Shown: piece after piece, positions 36,133-48,100 of the stretch
How the letters are laid out: each line of letters opens with the position of its first letter
Position numbering within the stretch: position 1 is the stretch's first letter
Source: Isurus oxyrinchus
Lineage: Eukaryota
Length of the DNA: 64,000 nucleotides
Direction: 5' to 3'
Assembly (NCBI GenBank): GCA_026770705.1
Contig: JANJGN010000022.1
Coordinates: forward strand, 15,500,001 to 15,564,000
Notes under the pieces: model-generated
The model's database searches: none
Seen by the model: the letters and a program-made list of their open reading frames with translations, nothing else
Told to the model about the DNA's origin: nothing
Position numbers and translations under genes: made by a program

Positions 36133-36940
36133 TTTCTGATTGCTAGTATTCCTGACTGAATGTCTGTTCTACAATTTCCGATGAGTTCATTGAACATCCT
36201 TAAAAGAACCTTCTTTTGTGCAATTCCAAGTAATCTGTTCGTGACTGTAGTGCAGTAGCCATGTTGCACGTAGAACTTTTGAACTAAGACAAGTGTTTTA
36301 ATTAGCTTTATATCTTTAATTTTAGCTTAGAAGACCAACTTTCCTACATTGTAGCCATAATATTTACTTGTTCAACATGACTGTATATGTTCTTTGGCAC
36401 CATTTAGCACTTTGATTTGTCCTGTGTTAAGAGAGTGTAAAGTGATAGGTGGAACACTGATATTTTTTTTAAGGGGTAGCAGATTCTTCCACAGTTCTGT
36501 TTAAAGCTATCATGAATGTCATTCCTAACATTATCCTACAACATAAAGGAAAAAAATGTTTCTCGTGATTAGATGCTCCGCAGTTGCTATATTACCTTTC
36601 ACACTTCCTAATAAAATCCTTTCAAAGTTAAGCTTTTCCACAAACCTATATAATGATGTATGTAACCTACTGTGGAAGATATGCCTCATTCATGACTCAC
36701 TCCGCTAACCAGTGAACTGGAACCACTATTCAAGTTAAATGTGAGCTATTTTAATGATAACAAGGCCTCCCACATTTTATGTTCCATCTGTGTTCCATCT
36801 GCCCCTCAAGATATAAATCATTACCATTTTTTTTTTCTTTTTGCAAAACCACAAGCAGCACCTTCTCTACCACTTCATTTTTACACTGCCTTTGGACAGG
36901 CAAAGTAAATGGAAATTTATCTGAAGACTATAAAGAATAG

Positions 36941-38960
36941 GGGGGCGAAATTCCGATTGGTAACGCTGCTGGAGATGGCGTTACGGAAGCTGATTGTCCT
37001 CCTGGTGGGATGCACTGTTCCTCCAGCCGCTTCTGGCCCACATGGCGCCGTAGTCCAAGAAGGACATGTCTGCAGGCACCCCTCCCATGTGCGCCGGAGC
37101 CATGTGGAGTAGTGCTATCGTGATGTCATTCAGTCCAATACTGGGAGGTGTGATGCCAATTTCCAAATTTAGACCACAGAGATCCATTGGATGGATTTGC
37201 TTGCCATTCACCAAAGAACAAATACTCGGCAGCAAGTGGGTGCTGCACGAGGATTACTTAAAGCGCCAGGCACCAAAATTGCAGGTAAGCTCATTTTGAA
37301 TAATTCGTGCCATTGCAATATATCTGGAAGTACCCCAGAGTGTTTTGGGTGGGGGGGGGAATGTTGCAGTGAGTTCCTGGATTTGGTAAGGAGTGTCGCT
37401 ACACCTTCACAATGAGGGCTGGAAATGTGTTAACACATCCACACAAAGGCTCCAGCCAGTTGGGGGTGCATCAGAGCCTAGAACATGACAAGCAAATGAG
37501 CAAAGGCTGCAGAGAGGGCAATCGCTAGGCAATGTCCTTTGCCAAGTTGGAGTCCAACTCCTTCATGCTTTGCCACACCAACTGGAGGCTGTCTGACAGG
37601 CCAGCCAATGCACCCAGCACCTCAGTACACATGCCCATCCACATGCCACCCAATCGAGGTTCTCATCTGAGCCCTCTGTCGCAGAACACACCTGTGGCCT
37701 TGCCCTTCAGTGAGCTGGCAAACAAACTATCCTCTCCCTCTGGCAGAGCTTCATCCCACTTATGCCCAGTGATTCACCATGTGCAGCTCCCGACTCTATA
37801 TTATTATATAAGGTCTGTGCAGCACCAGTCTCTTAACTGGTGGTCTTGCGTATCAGACCAAGTGACAGAGCCTCTTCACTGGATGGTGTTGCTTGTTCTT
37901 CTCCACATCGGGCTGCTGTGGCAGGGCAGACAGCAGCTCTTTAGTGTCAGAAAACTGAAAATCAGAAAGGGAAGGTTGGGCTGAGGGAAGGGAGTAGAAT
38001 GGAAAGCACAAAGTAGTGAGATGAGGATGAGCTGGTGGTTAGAAGGGTCAGAAGTACACGATGTATCTTCATCTTCAATAGTCTCACAAACGCTGAATGC
38101 AATGGACTCTTTGCAGCTGCATCAATGATACCGTACCATCTCCTCTGTAGGGCCCAGGAGATGCAGATGTCCTTATCCCCCAGCAGTTCTGATCTGCTCC
38201 ATTCTATTGTGTGCCATCTTGAGCTGGCAGATAGAGGGACGAATGTCAGTGATTGTGGCCCGCTGTGGTGGGCCTGGGTGATGCACCTGCCACAGCTGAA
38301 TAGCTGGAGGCAAGTGGCGGGCCATGAGTCATGGTGTCAGTCTGACATCATTGGAATGTGTGCGACAGGGAGGTTTGGTATCTGAATGTTAGGCTGGAGT
38401 CCTGAGTGCATTGAGCAGTGTGTGAGGTTAACAGAGCAATGGGTAGAAGGTGTCATGTAAAAATTCATTCATTGACCCTGACCACCAGCATGAGGTCATG
38501 AAGCTTCTTGTGGCACCATTGACAGGCCTGAAGGTCTGAGGGAATAGACCTCCTTGGCCATTTGTTCCCAATCCCTACTGATGTTTGTCCTTGAGGTCTT
38601 CCTGCCCCTCTGCAGAACCATGGCATCTATCCCTCTGGCCTCCTCAACCACTAAGACCTCCAGTGCCACATCCATGACCCTGGGGGAGATGGTGTTCAGC
38701 AGCAGTTTCCTGTAATTCCGTGCAATTTCCCTTTATGGTGGACAGACTGTCTTTAAGATCAGGAGGTTAGCTACACCGCATGCAATTATCACACGCTGCT
38801 TAGTTCCTTGTTGAGTGTTCAGTCAGCCAGCAGCATGGAAACTGCTCATCCCAACAATACAATCAGGTAAATGAGGTGGCAGCTTCAAATTTATCTGCTG
38901 CTTACATCCACCTCAGCAATTGTGGGGTCAATAAAATGGCACAGACCAAATTCTAGCCCC
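36941..38960. mobile_element. Harbinger deletion derivative (~2 kb) with Myb-like remnant on the minus strand
   Basis: Ends GGGGGCGAAATT / AAATTCTAGCCCC flanked by 3-bp TSD TAG (36938-36940, 38961-38963). Minus strand near 38490-38575 reads 'WEQMAKEV...QWCHKKLHDL' (SANT/Myb QCRKKFNDL motif). Confidence 0.7.
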
Positions 38961-39617
38961 TAGTCCCTCATCTCTAGCAAATGAAGACTTCTTACTCAGT
39001 GTGTAGTAGCAAAATATCCTGAAAAAAGGACAACTGATCATCAAAAGATAATTGTTAATTATGAAGATGATAAGTTCCGTTATTTCATTCTACTGGATGC
39101 AATGAACCACTAGGACATCGTTAGGCCAGTTCAGGTTTACTCCAAAACATGTATAACTCATAAAACATTAATTTTCACAAAATGACTAACTTACTTGTGA
39201 AATGAAAATTGTCTTCTTGTGTGTTCCATGAATGGAATAGTGTGTCATGGACTTAATTATTATATTTACCTATTGAATAAGGAAGCCTCCCACTCTCTCT
39301 TCCCACCTGAATGGGATGCCCCCTCCCCACCGTCTACTTACCTTAGGGCTGAGGACAGTTCCCTCTGATCCCTGAAGGTTGTCTCCAGCCAGCGCGGTTT
39401 TAATGACGGGGGAGTTGCTTCCTGCTGGTAGTCTCACTGGTATTGTTGGGGGGTTGGCAAGTGCTCTGTTAATAAGGCATAGCCATTTGCATTGAACGAA
39501 CGAGTCTGCCTGGGAATACAAGTTAAGCTCCAAAAGTTAGGGAATACCGCAATATCTGGTCATTACATTTAGGCTAAAACTACTAGTCTGATTTATTTAA
39601 AGACAGAATAATACACA

Positions 39618-40254
39618 GGGAAGAATTTTCTGGACCCCCACCAGTGGGTTTGACAGTGGGGGTGATGCTCATAAAATACAATGGAAAACCTGCCCACCAC
39701 TTACTCACCTGCACTGACTTGTCTCCCATTTTCCTGGGGACAGTGGAAGCCTTCAGTGGCCCAGCCATCCTTGAACCTATTGAGGCCCTTAAGTGGCCAA
39801 TTAATGGCCATTTAAATGCCTCATCCCATCACACCACTATTCTACACATGACACGGGGAGGCTGACTTTCACTGGGTGAAGTGGTAATGGCAAAAGAGAG
39901 GTGAGACTCAGAACCACCACCCACAAAGTCATACACCACCCTTTAACCCTACTCCTTCCCCTCAACGTCTCAAACCCGGACATCCACCTCCCTCACCTGC
40001 CTCGCTGGGGCCTGCTGGCCTGCCCCCACTAATACCCTGGACTTATCCGAAGCCTGGCCTCCATTAGCTCCTCTTCTGCAGACACTGCCTGTAGAGGCCA
40101 CTGCTTGAGCTCTGAAATGGGACTTCCTTCCGAGTGAGGGGTGGGAGTACTGTCTCTAGGCAATAAGGTTCTATGGAATGTTAACTGGCTGCAGTATAAT
40201 CGGTATTGGCCGAGATGTGTTCCCTGCTGACCCTGCCATCTGAAAAATTCTGCC
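39618..40254. mobile_element. Harbinger-type MITE (~640 bp)
   Basis: Ends GGGAAGAATTTTC / GAAAAATTCTGCC. Internal palindrome TTAAGTGGCCA-ATTAA-TGGCCATTTAA (39789-39815). Confidence 0.65.
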
Positions 40255-41209
40255 AATTTAATCAGTACAATACATTTGAGAAAATATTATTAGAACACAA
40301 CAAAGATAGAATGAGTCTACAGAAGACCAAAATTATCTTCTTCAGAATGTCTTCCTGCACAATCTGGTGATCTGCAAAATTTGTAGATGAAACCGGTATT
40401 CTTAAGCTTCCAATGTGATGGTATGCTCTTCCCATAGTGTTACATTTAACAAATGAACTGAATTATAGTTGACCAACTCAGACACCATCTTTATGTCATG
40501 CAGTAGGTGTTAATGCCAAGGCATTGGAGCCATTTTCCAATTCTGCTCCAGTAGCAGGCTATTTCACTTAGCCACTGTCAGCACATTGTGTGTTGGTTGG
40601 GATTGGCTAAGAAACGGTTGTGAAGACATAGATGTGTCTGAATAATAATTGAATTATTGTACGAACGTGACTATTTACAGATATACAAGATGACATGTAT
40701 TATTGCCATGAGCTTTATACTTCTAGGCTCTTAGTCATGTGACTCTCTCTTACATCATTGTGTGGAAGGTACTGTCTCTCCATTCCCACACATTAACTCT
40801 CTCAGTCTTGAACACCCTGTATTGGCAAGAATTTGGTGAGATTCCTTTCTAGCCAATGCTGGTGATCATAATTGAGAGACTGGACATCATAAATACCATG
40901 AGGTACATTGCGTCACAGTTACCTTTGGTAATTGGAGCCTTCAGCAGGAACATGTACAACTGTCTTTTGAATGTCTTCTTTCCATTGAGCCTAATTTCCT
41001 TCCCTTTCCCTTTCAGATTCTGCTTATCATTTCTTACCTTTCACAAAATTGTATTCTTTGGACATTTCTCATGTATTAGTTTAGATACCTTCTGAAGGAA
41101 TTTCAGCAAGATAGTGAGGTACAACCAATTGCCTCTAAATTTGAATAGGATATATCTTTCTGCACCTGAGCTGAACAGCAATTAGATTCTTCCCCAGTCT
41201 AGATATTAT

Positions 41210-41508
41210 CTCTCCGGTCATCCCTCAAAGCAAAGAGGACACTTGCCAAGGAGTATGGCCCTTGGTAAAAACCTGCATATGGGGCATTCTAACATGAGGA
41301 GGCTCACATGCAGCTACCACAGGGTTCTGGCTGACCAGAAACCTCTCGCATGCTTACCACTTACCATCAGGTTTGTAGGCTGATAATTAATTTATTTGGC
41401 CATGTTATGAACATCATACCTTCTGTGTCCAACAAGTCCTGGGGTGGGACTCAAGTCTGGAGATTCTGGCTCAGATGTAGGGATGCTACCACTGTTCCAC
41501 AAGACCCC
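41210..41508 (-). mobile_element. tRNA-derived SINE
   Basis: Reverse strand begins GGGTCTTGTGGAACAGTGGTAGCATCCCTAC.TCTGAGCCAGAA..AGACTTGAGTCCCACCCCAG, with A-box-like and B-box-like motifs. Confidence 0.6.
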
Positions 41509-41584
41509 CTAGTCTAGATACTGAGTAGCTGGTGCAGCACTTCCCTATTTCTGTAATCCCTTTCAGCCTGACAACCATTTGAAA

Positions 41585-41880
41585 GACCAGTGGTGCTCCT
41601 CCAATTCTGAGCCCAGATTGTAATCACTCCATCACTGGCAATGGTGCTATCAGCTGTCTAACCTCAGGAATTCTCTCCCTAAAACTCTATGCCTCTCTAC
41701 CACCCCCTCCTCCTTTCAGATAACCCTTAAAACTTACCTCTGGAACCAAGCTTTTGTCACTTGCCCTAATATCTCTTTATGTGGCTCAGTGTCAAATTTT
41801 GTTTGATAATGTTCCTAGGAAGTGCCTTGCAATGTTTTGGTATGTTAAAGCCATTGTATAAATGCAGGTTGTTGTTGTTC
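41585..41880 (+). mobile_element. L2 LINE 3' end
   Basis: Ends ..TATAAATGCAGGTTGTTGTTGTT, the L2 (GTT)n tail; it is the reverse complement of the tails at 2433 and 24628. Confidence 0.75.
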
Positions 41881-43434
41881 GTAATTTGTCAAGTCTACCC
41901 CATGTTACATGGTACTTAACAATCAGAAAAGATATGTCCCTATAGGACTTGCTGTTCATGGAGAGAGGTAGGTAGATTATGAGCAGGAAATATGGTCACA
42001 TGAATAAAAAACATAAAAGCCTGATGTACAGAATTTTTTTCTGAATGTTACAGCAACCAGGAAAAGGATTTAAATTAGATGCAGGTTTAACAAGTGGAAA
42101 TGGTCCTAATCGAGAGTAAGGAAGCTTACCTTGAAGAATTGAAATTTCCCTTGATTAGAGGCATGGAATGGGTGATGATGTCACTGAATTTTTACTTCCA
42201 TTGAATTGTGGAAATTATGCTTAAATTATTCCAGGGCATCCAACTGTAGAAAAAAAAAAGAGTATTTTTTAATAAGTAAGGTGAGATGAAGTTTAAGATG
42301 AGGATTCACTTTACTTTGCCTCCTGTGGCATTGACATAAAAGAGATTCAATTAGAGCACTGCATCCTGTAGGACAATAGGTGATTGCTGTGACAAAAATA
42401 AAAATAAAAATACCTGGAAAAACTCAGCAGGTCTGGCAGCGTCTGCGGAGGGGAACATAGTTAACGTTTTGAGTCTATATGACTCTTCATCAAACAAAGT
42501 AAAAAAAGAAGAGAGGTGAAATATGAGCTGGTTTAAGAGGGGGGGGTGGGGTTAGAGCTGGATAGAGGGCCAGTGATAGGTGGAGATAACCAAAAGATGT
42601 CATAGACAAAAGGACAAAGAGGTGTTGAAGGTGGTGATATTATTTAAGGAATGTGCTAATTAAGGGTAGAAAGCAGGACAAGCAAAGTACAGATAGCCTT
42701 AGTGGGGGTGGGGTGAAGGAATCGAAATAGGCTAAAAGGTAGAGATAAAACAATGGATGGAAATACATTTAAAAATACTGGAAATAGATGGGATAAGAAA
42801 AATCTATATAATTTATTGGAAAAAAGGTGGGGGATTGGAAAGGGGGTGGGGATGGAGGAGAGAGTTCATGATCTAAAATTTTTGAACTCAATATTCAGTC
42901 CGGAAGGCTGTAAAGTGCCTAGTCGGAAGATGAGGTGCTGTTCCTCCAGTTTGCGTTGAGCTTCACTGGAACAATGCAGCAAGCCAAGGACAGATATGTG
43001 GGCAAGGGAGCAGGGTGGTGTGTTGAAATGGCAAGTGACCGAAGGTGTTCTTTGGTCTGTCTGCAACCATGACACAGACCTCCCTGTCACTTGCCATTTT
43101 AACACTCCACCCTGCTGTCATGTCTGTCCTTGGCTTGCTGCATTGTTCCAGTGAAGCCCAACGCAAACTGGAGGAACAACACCTCATCTTCTGACTAGGC
43201 ACCTTACAGCCTTCCGGACTGAATATTGAGTTCAACAACTTTAGATCATGAATTCTCTCCTCCATCCCCACCCCCTTTCCGATCCCCCCCCCCCATTTTT
43301 CCCAATAATTTATATAGATTTTTCTTTTCCCACCTATTTCCATTATTTTTAAATGTATTTCCATCTATTGTTTTATCTCTACCTTTTAGCCTATTTTGAT
43401 TCCTTCATCCACCCCCACCAGGCTATCTGTACCT

Positions 43435-43574
43435 CTCTCTTGAGTACAAACCTGTTTCCATCTGTTTCAGATGAAGTTACATTGTTTCATAGCTTGCCAC
43501 TGTGAGATTTGAACTCTTGATCTTGGGGTTACAAACCCAGTACCATAACCACTTGGCTATTTAGGCCAAGCCCT
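43435..43574 (-). mobile_element. 140-bp tRNA-derived mini-SINE
   Basis: Perfect 15-bp TSD AGGCTATCTGTACCT (43420-43434 / 43575-43589). Minus-strand A-box TAGCCAAGTGG (43549-43559) and B-box GTTCAAATC (43506-43514), plus a short (AG)n tail. Absent from the paralogous PLE copies. Confidence 0.85.
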
Positions 43575-43779
43575 AGGCTATCTGTACCTTGCTCGTCCTG
43601 CTTTCTACCCTTAATTAGCACATTCCTTAGATATTATCACCACATTCAACACCTCTTTGTCCTTTTGTCTATGACATCTTTTGGCTTTCTCCACCTATCA
43701 CTGGCCCTCTATCCCGCACTACTTGTCCCACCCTCCTCCTTAAACCAGCTTATATTTCACCTCTCTTCTAATTTTACTT

Positions 43780-43818
43780 AGTTCTGTTGAAGAGTCATAC
43801 GGACTCGAAACGTTAACT
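43780..43818 (+). ncRNA. Minimal type I hammerhead ribozyme-like motif (variant core) in a PLE terminal repeat
   Basis: AGTT-CTGTTGA-A-GAGTC-atacg-GACTC-GAAA-CGT-T-AACT: stem I AGTT/AACT, stem II GAGTC/GACTC, palindromic ACGT stem III. Core CUGAUGA is altered to CUGUUGA. Confidence 0.6.
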
Positions 43819-45059
43819 GTGTTCCTCTCCGCAGATGCTGCCAGACCTGCTGAGTTTTTCCAGGTATTTTTATTTTTATTTTTGTTTTGGATTTCCAGCA
43901 TCCGGAGTTTTTTTTTTATCTAGATGTTTGTTGCGATTCAGTATAGAAGAACCAGAAGGGATCGCAGAACTGTTGTGGTCTTAGCAGCTTGACTCATAGT
44001 TGGTTACTGAACACCTCCCAGGATCTGACAACTCTGCAGGAGGGCAGTCCCCCAATAGGTGCTGAAAACCGAAAAAGGAACCTTAAAAGTTCTAAAGAAT
44101 GAAGGTAAAATTGTCTCTTAATATCAGGATTTGGAGGAGGCAGTGCACAAATATTAAGTTAAAAGAGACTCCTTGCAGATTTTCCAATGTTACGTTTTCA
44201 AAATATGGTAAGGAATAAAGGCATAAAAAAAAGAAAATCCACTGTTAATTGCACACAACGGAATTCCTGGATGACGTCTTTGTGCATAAGGCCACTGACA
44301 GAGACATTGCCCAAGTCTGCCTTGAACAGGGAGTTGATAATTAAAATAATCACCTTAGGGCTATAGGAGCAATTTAAAAAGAACCCTGTAAAACGTTTTC
44401 AGATTAAGAACTGGGCAGCTGTTCCTGAATTATTTGGAACGTTAACAATGAACTGAACCATCTACTTAGAGGTGGCGGAGGATAGATAGGATTAAAACAA
44501 CTGTTCCCAGGATGTTAGCAACCTGGGCAAGGCCACATTTGTTGTCTGCCTCTAGTTGCCAATGAAAGGTAATGGTGGACCATTACTCTGAACTGCTGCA
44601 GTCCTTGGCATGCTGGTGCGCTAAGGAAATGCCAGATCTAATGATCCCAGTTACTTCTCTCTAATCCAGTTCTAGCTAATAGTAAATCTTTTGGTTTTTC
44701 ATTCCAAGGCACCATTTGGAGCTTTAATATTTTTCAATTATAAGTAGGAAATGTGAATGCTGAGAATATTACACCAAATGATTTAATAAGACTTGAAGAC
44801 AGGAAATGGTGGGATTATACTGAACTGATCTGGAATCATTTAACAAAGGAAAAGCAAATTCATCTGACCAGAATGAGGATCCCATTTCTTACTTAATTCA
44901 AAGAGACTATTCGGTTTGGACCTAGAGTTATCCGACAAATAAGAGAACTGAAAGAGAAACAACTGAAAATAATAATTTGGCAATTTTCCCCATACTTGTG
45001 CATCCATGTGTTCAGTTCCTGAGTTATCTGTGATCTAGTGAGAGAATGTGTGAAAATTC

Positions 45060-45160
45060 AATGCAGATGAACACTACTCCCATGATGCACAAGTCTTGGA
45101 GTGGGTCTTGAATCTGAGGCCCTCCAGACCAGAAGCTGGTGAGCTACCGACTGAGCCACT
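45060..45160 (-). mobile_element. tRNA-derived SINE head fragment
   Basis: Reverse strand GTGGCTCAGTCGGTAGC (A-box) ... AGATTCAAGACCCACTCCA (B-box). Confidence 0.6.
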
Positions 45161-45169
45161 CGGGCTCTG

Positions 45170-48100
45170 TAAATGGTCTTGATCCATTGAACTCTGGATT
45201 ATGGACACAGCATGCTTCTGCTGTTCTGCTGCGCCACCCTGCTCCAGATCCCTCCATGGATTCATACCTTGACTTGGCAGAGAGGCTTGTGCATTCTGAC
45301 GATCCCTGAAGTGATGCCATTGGAAGCTCTTTGTCCCTGGTAGGGCCACCCATGTCGGCAAGGTCAGAGGGAGGTGCCAGACAACATGTGGTCCAAAAAG
45401 TCCTCAACAGCAGAACAGGCAAAAGAAGTCTTTGTATCATATTGGTTTGCAAAGGTGGAAGGAGGCTCCAGTGGCAAGATGGTCCCATTAAGCGTGGCTC
45501 AACATGTCACCAAAGTCTGATCACCAACCTGTCAAGGTTGTGTAGACAATGATGGCACCCCAAGGTCGCCACGTTAAACAAGGCCACACACAGGCTTCTA
45601 CTAGTCTGGTGGTGATGGAGAATTGGCAAAGGGGCAGGGCTGTGAAACTGGGAGTCCCTAGTCAAAAATCTGAACAACAGGGTGAGGGATGCATGATAGT
45701 CATTGGACACCTGGCTTGGGACAGAGGTGTCTTTGGGCAACAGCTTTTGTGACTGAGCCATCCTCTGCAGGGTACACCCTGCTCACCCCAAATGGTTAGA
45801 AAATGTGCCCCAAAAATAGGCTATCCAACTTTTCCTTGGCTAAGAAACCACAGCTTGTGGAATTACCATCTTTGTGGCCTGAATTTTCAGCTCAGTGGGC
45901 GGGTGCGATCGGTGGGCCCGGGGGTGGTCGGGAAATGGACCGCCAACTGCGACCAGTCCTCGACCGTGATTTCACGCTGGCTGGCCGATTAATGGCCAGA
46001 GACCTGCCTCAGGGAGCTGAAGAATTTAAGTGCAAAAAAAAAATAAAGATTTTAAAAACCGGGAAAAAGTTGCCACGCATCAGAAACAGGCACCTCAACA
46101 TATACAGCATGAGAATTCTGTCCAAACGCTTCTTTTAAATTTAATGATGAAAACCTCATCCTGCCCCTTGGATGAGGTTTCCTGAAAAATGCAAAAGCCT
46201 CCTGGCCGATTCGTCTGCTCGCCAACCATAAGGTTGGACAGGCAGCAAAAAATCCCAGTTAATTGCATCGTTAAAGGGCTTAATTGCCCTCTTAATTGTC
46301 AGCAGGAGGACTTCCGACTTTAGCACGTGCCTGCTGACCGAAATATCACGCAAATACGCAATGACGTCGGGACGCTTGCCGAACGTCATGGCGCACTACT
46401 TTACACTCGAGCATGTCGGGCGCTCGCCTCCGTGCCGAGTGAAAAATATTGCCCATGGATATTCTCATGAGCAATTGTCCAGAAAGAAGAACTGCATGTG
46501 AGCTATCAAGACTCCAGTTTGCCATCACGGTCCTCAGTGAGACCCGCCTTCCTGGGCAGGGGAACCTGAATGAACAATCAGGGGGATACATCTTCTAATA
46601 GAAAGGAAAGGCTGACAGTGACCCCCATGCTCACAAAGTTGGTTTTGCCACCCAGAATAGGATCTCGGGGGCATTGCCAAACCTCCCCAGTTGTATACAT
46701 GAAAGGCTCATGGCACTTCACATTCAGCTGAGCCATTACCAATATGCCACATCATCAACGCATATGCCCAGACTATTGACACCGATGAAGATGTTAAGGA
46801 AAATTCCTATTCTGATCTTGACGAAGTCCTCACTGCCATCCCAAGAGAAGAAAGGATCATCCTTCCGGGGTCCTTAATTACAGGGATGGCCATGAATCCG
46901 ATGTCTGGAGAGGAACCATTGGGAAAAATGGGGTGGGCAAAGCTAATGCAAATGGTGTCCTCTTGCTGATAAAGTGTGCTCAGCATGGCCTCATTATAAC
47001 AAACACCTTCTTCTGCCAGAAGGACAAATAGAAAACCACCAGGGGGCATCCGAGATCGAAGCACTAGGCACCTTCTGGATTATGTCATTGTTTGAGTCAA
47101 AGATCTAAGTGATATCTGTATCACTCTACCCATACGAGGGACTGATGCCCGCTGGACAGAACATAGGCTTTTTCGAGTGATGATGAACATTCACTTAACA
47201 CCAAGACATCACAAGGATCAACGCTCCAAAGGAAGATCATCAATGTCTCAGCCCTAAAACAGCCCAAGAGAAAAGAGGAACTCTAAGTGCAGTTCACGGC
47301 CAATCTGGAAAATCTTCACACGTCTAACTCAATTCCAGAACAGTAGGATCAAATAAAGCCAGCTGTCCTAGACTCCTGAGCTCAGGTCATATGGTTTTGA
47401 CATTATCATCACCAGGGCTGGTTTGATGAGGACAATGGTAAATATGTGACTTTCTAGAACAAAAATGAGCAGCCTCCATTGCCTGGCAGAACAACTGTAG
47501 GTCACAAGTCGAGATGGCAGCATTGCAACTACACAAGGCTGATGCCCAAAGACAAATGCCAAAGATGAAGGATATGTGGTGGGAAGACAAAGCCCAAGAG
47601 ATCCAACAGTATGCTGACCGCCATGACATGAGAAGCTTTGTGAATCCACCAGGGCCATCTATAGATCAAGGCCAAATGGACAAAATCCCGTTCACTCACA
47701 GGATGGTGTTTCTCTTCTAAAGGATGACAATATCATTCATCAAAGCTGGAAAGTACATTTTCAACAACTCCTCAACCGTAAATCCATGTGGCAGCTGATA
47801 CTCTCCAGGCTATTGCTCAGTACCCTGGGTGGAATCCATAGGTGAACCATTGATAGGGGAGCTGCAACAAGCAATCAAATGGATGAAAAACAACAAAGCC
47901 TGTGGCTCTGATGGTATTCCAGCTGAGTTCTTCAAAGCTGGTGGGATTTTGCTGACATCAAGACTCCATGCATTCATCCTCCAGATTTGGGAGGACAAAG
48001 AACTAACCCCCACCCCATCCCGCCTTCAGGAATGCAACAATTGTAACTATATTCAAGAAGGAAGATAAATTATGCTGTGTAAACTACTGAAGTATTCCCC

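Larger units (their letters stand above)
42394..43918. mobile_element. Head-to-head inverted pair of Penelope-like (GIY-YIG) 3' fragments
   Basis: 42394-43050 (-) and 43051-43918 (+) are reverse complements over ~650 bp. Both encode 'CHFNTPPCS.AH.SVLGLL.CSSEAQRKLEEQHLIFRLGTLQPSGLNIEF', the GIY-YIG C-terminus. Same family as 56259-57030. Confidence 0.9.

Noticed and set aside
39195-39269. Possible 75-nt minus-strand exon with donor GTAAGT
   Set aside because: The peptide is unrecognisable, and joining it to the 42130-42243 candidate gives an immediate stop.
43495-43568. Functional tRNA gene
   Set aside because: The acceptor and anticodon stems pair poorly, and it is flanked by a TSD and carries a SINE-like tail, so it is treated as a SINE head.
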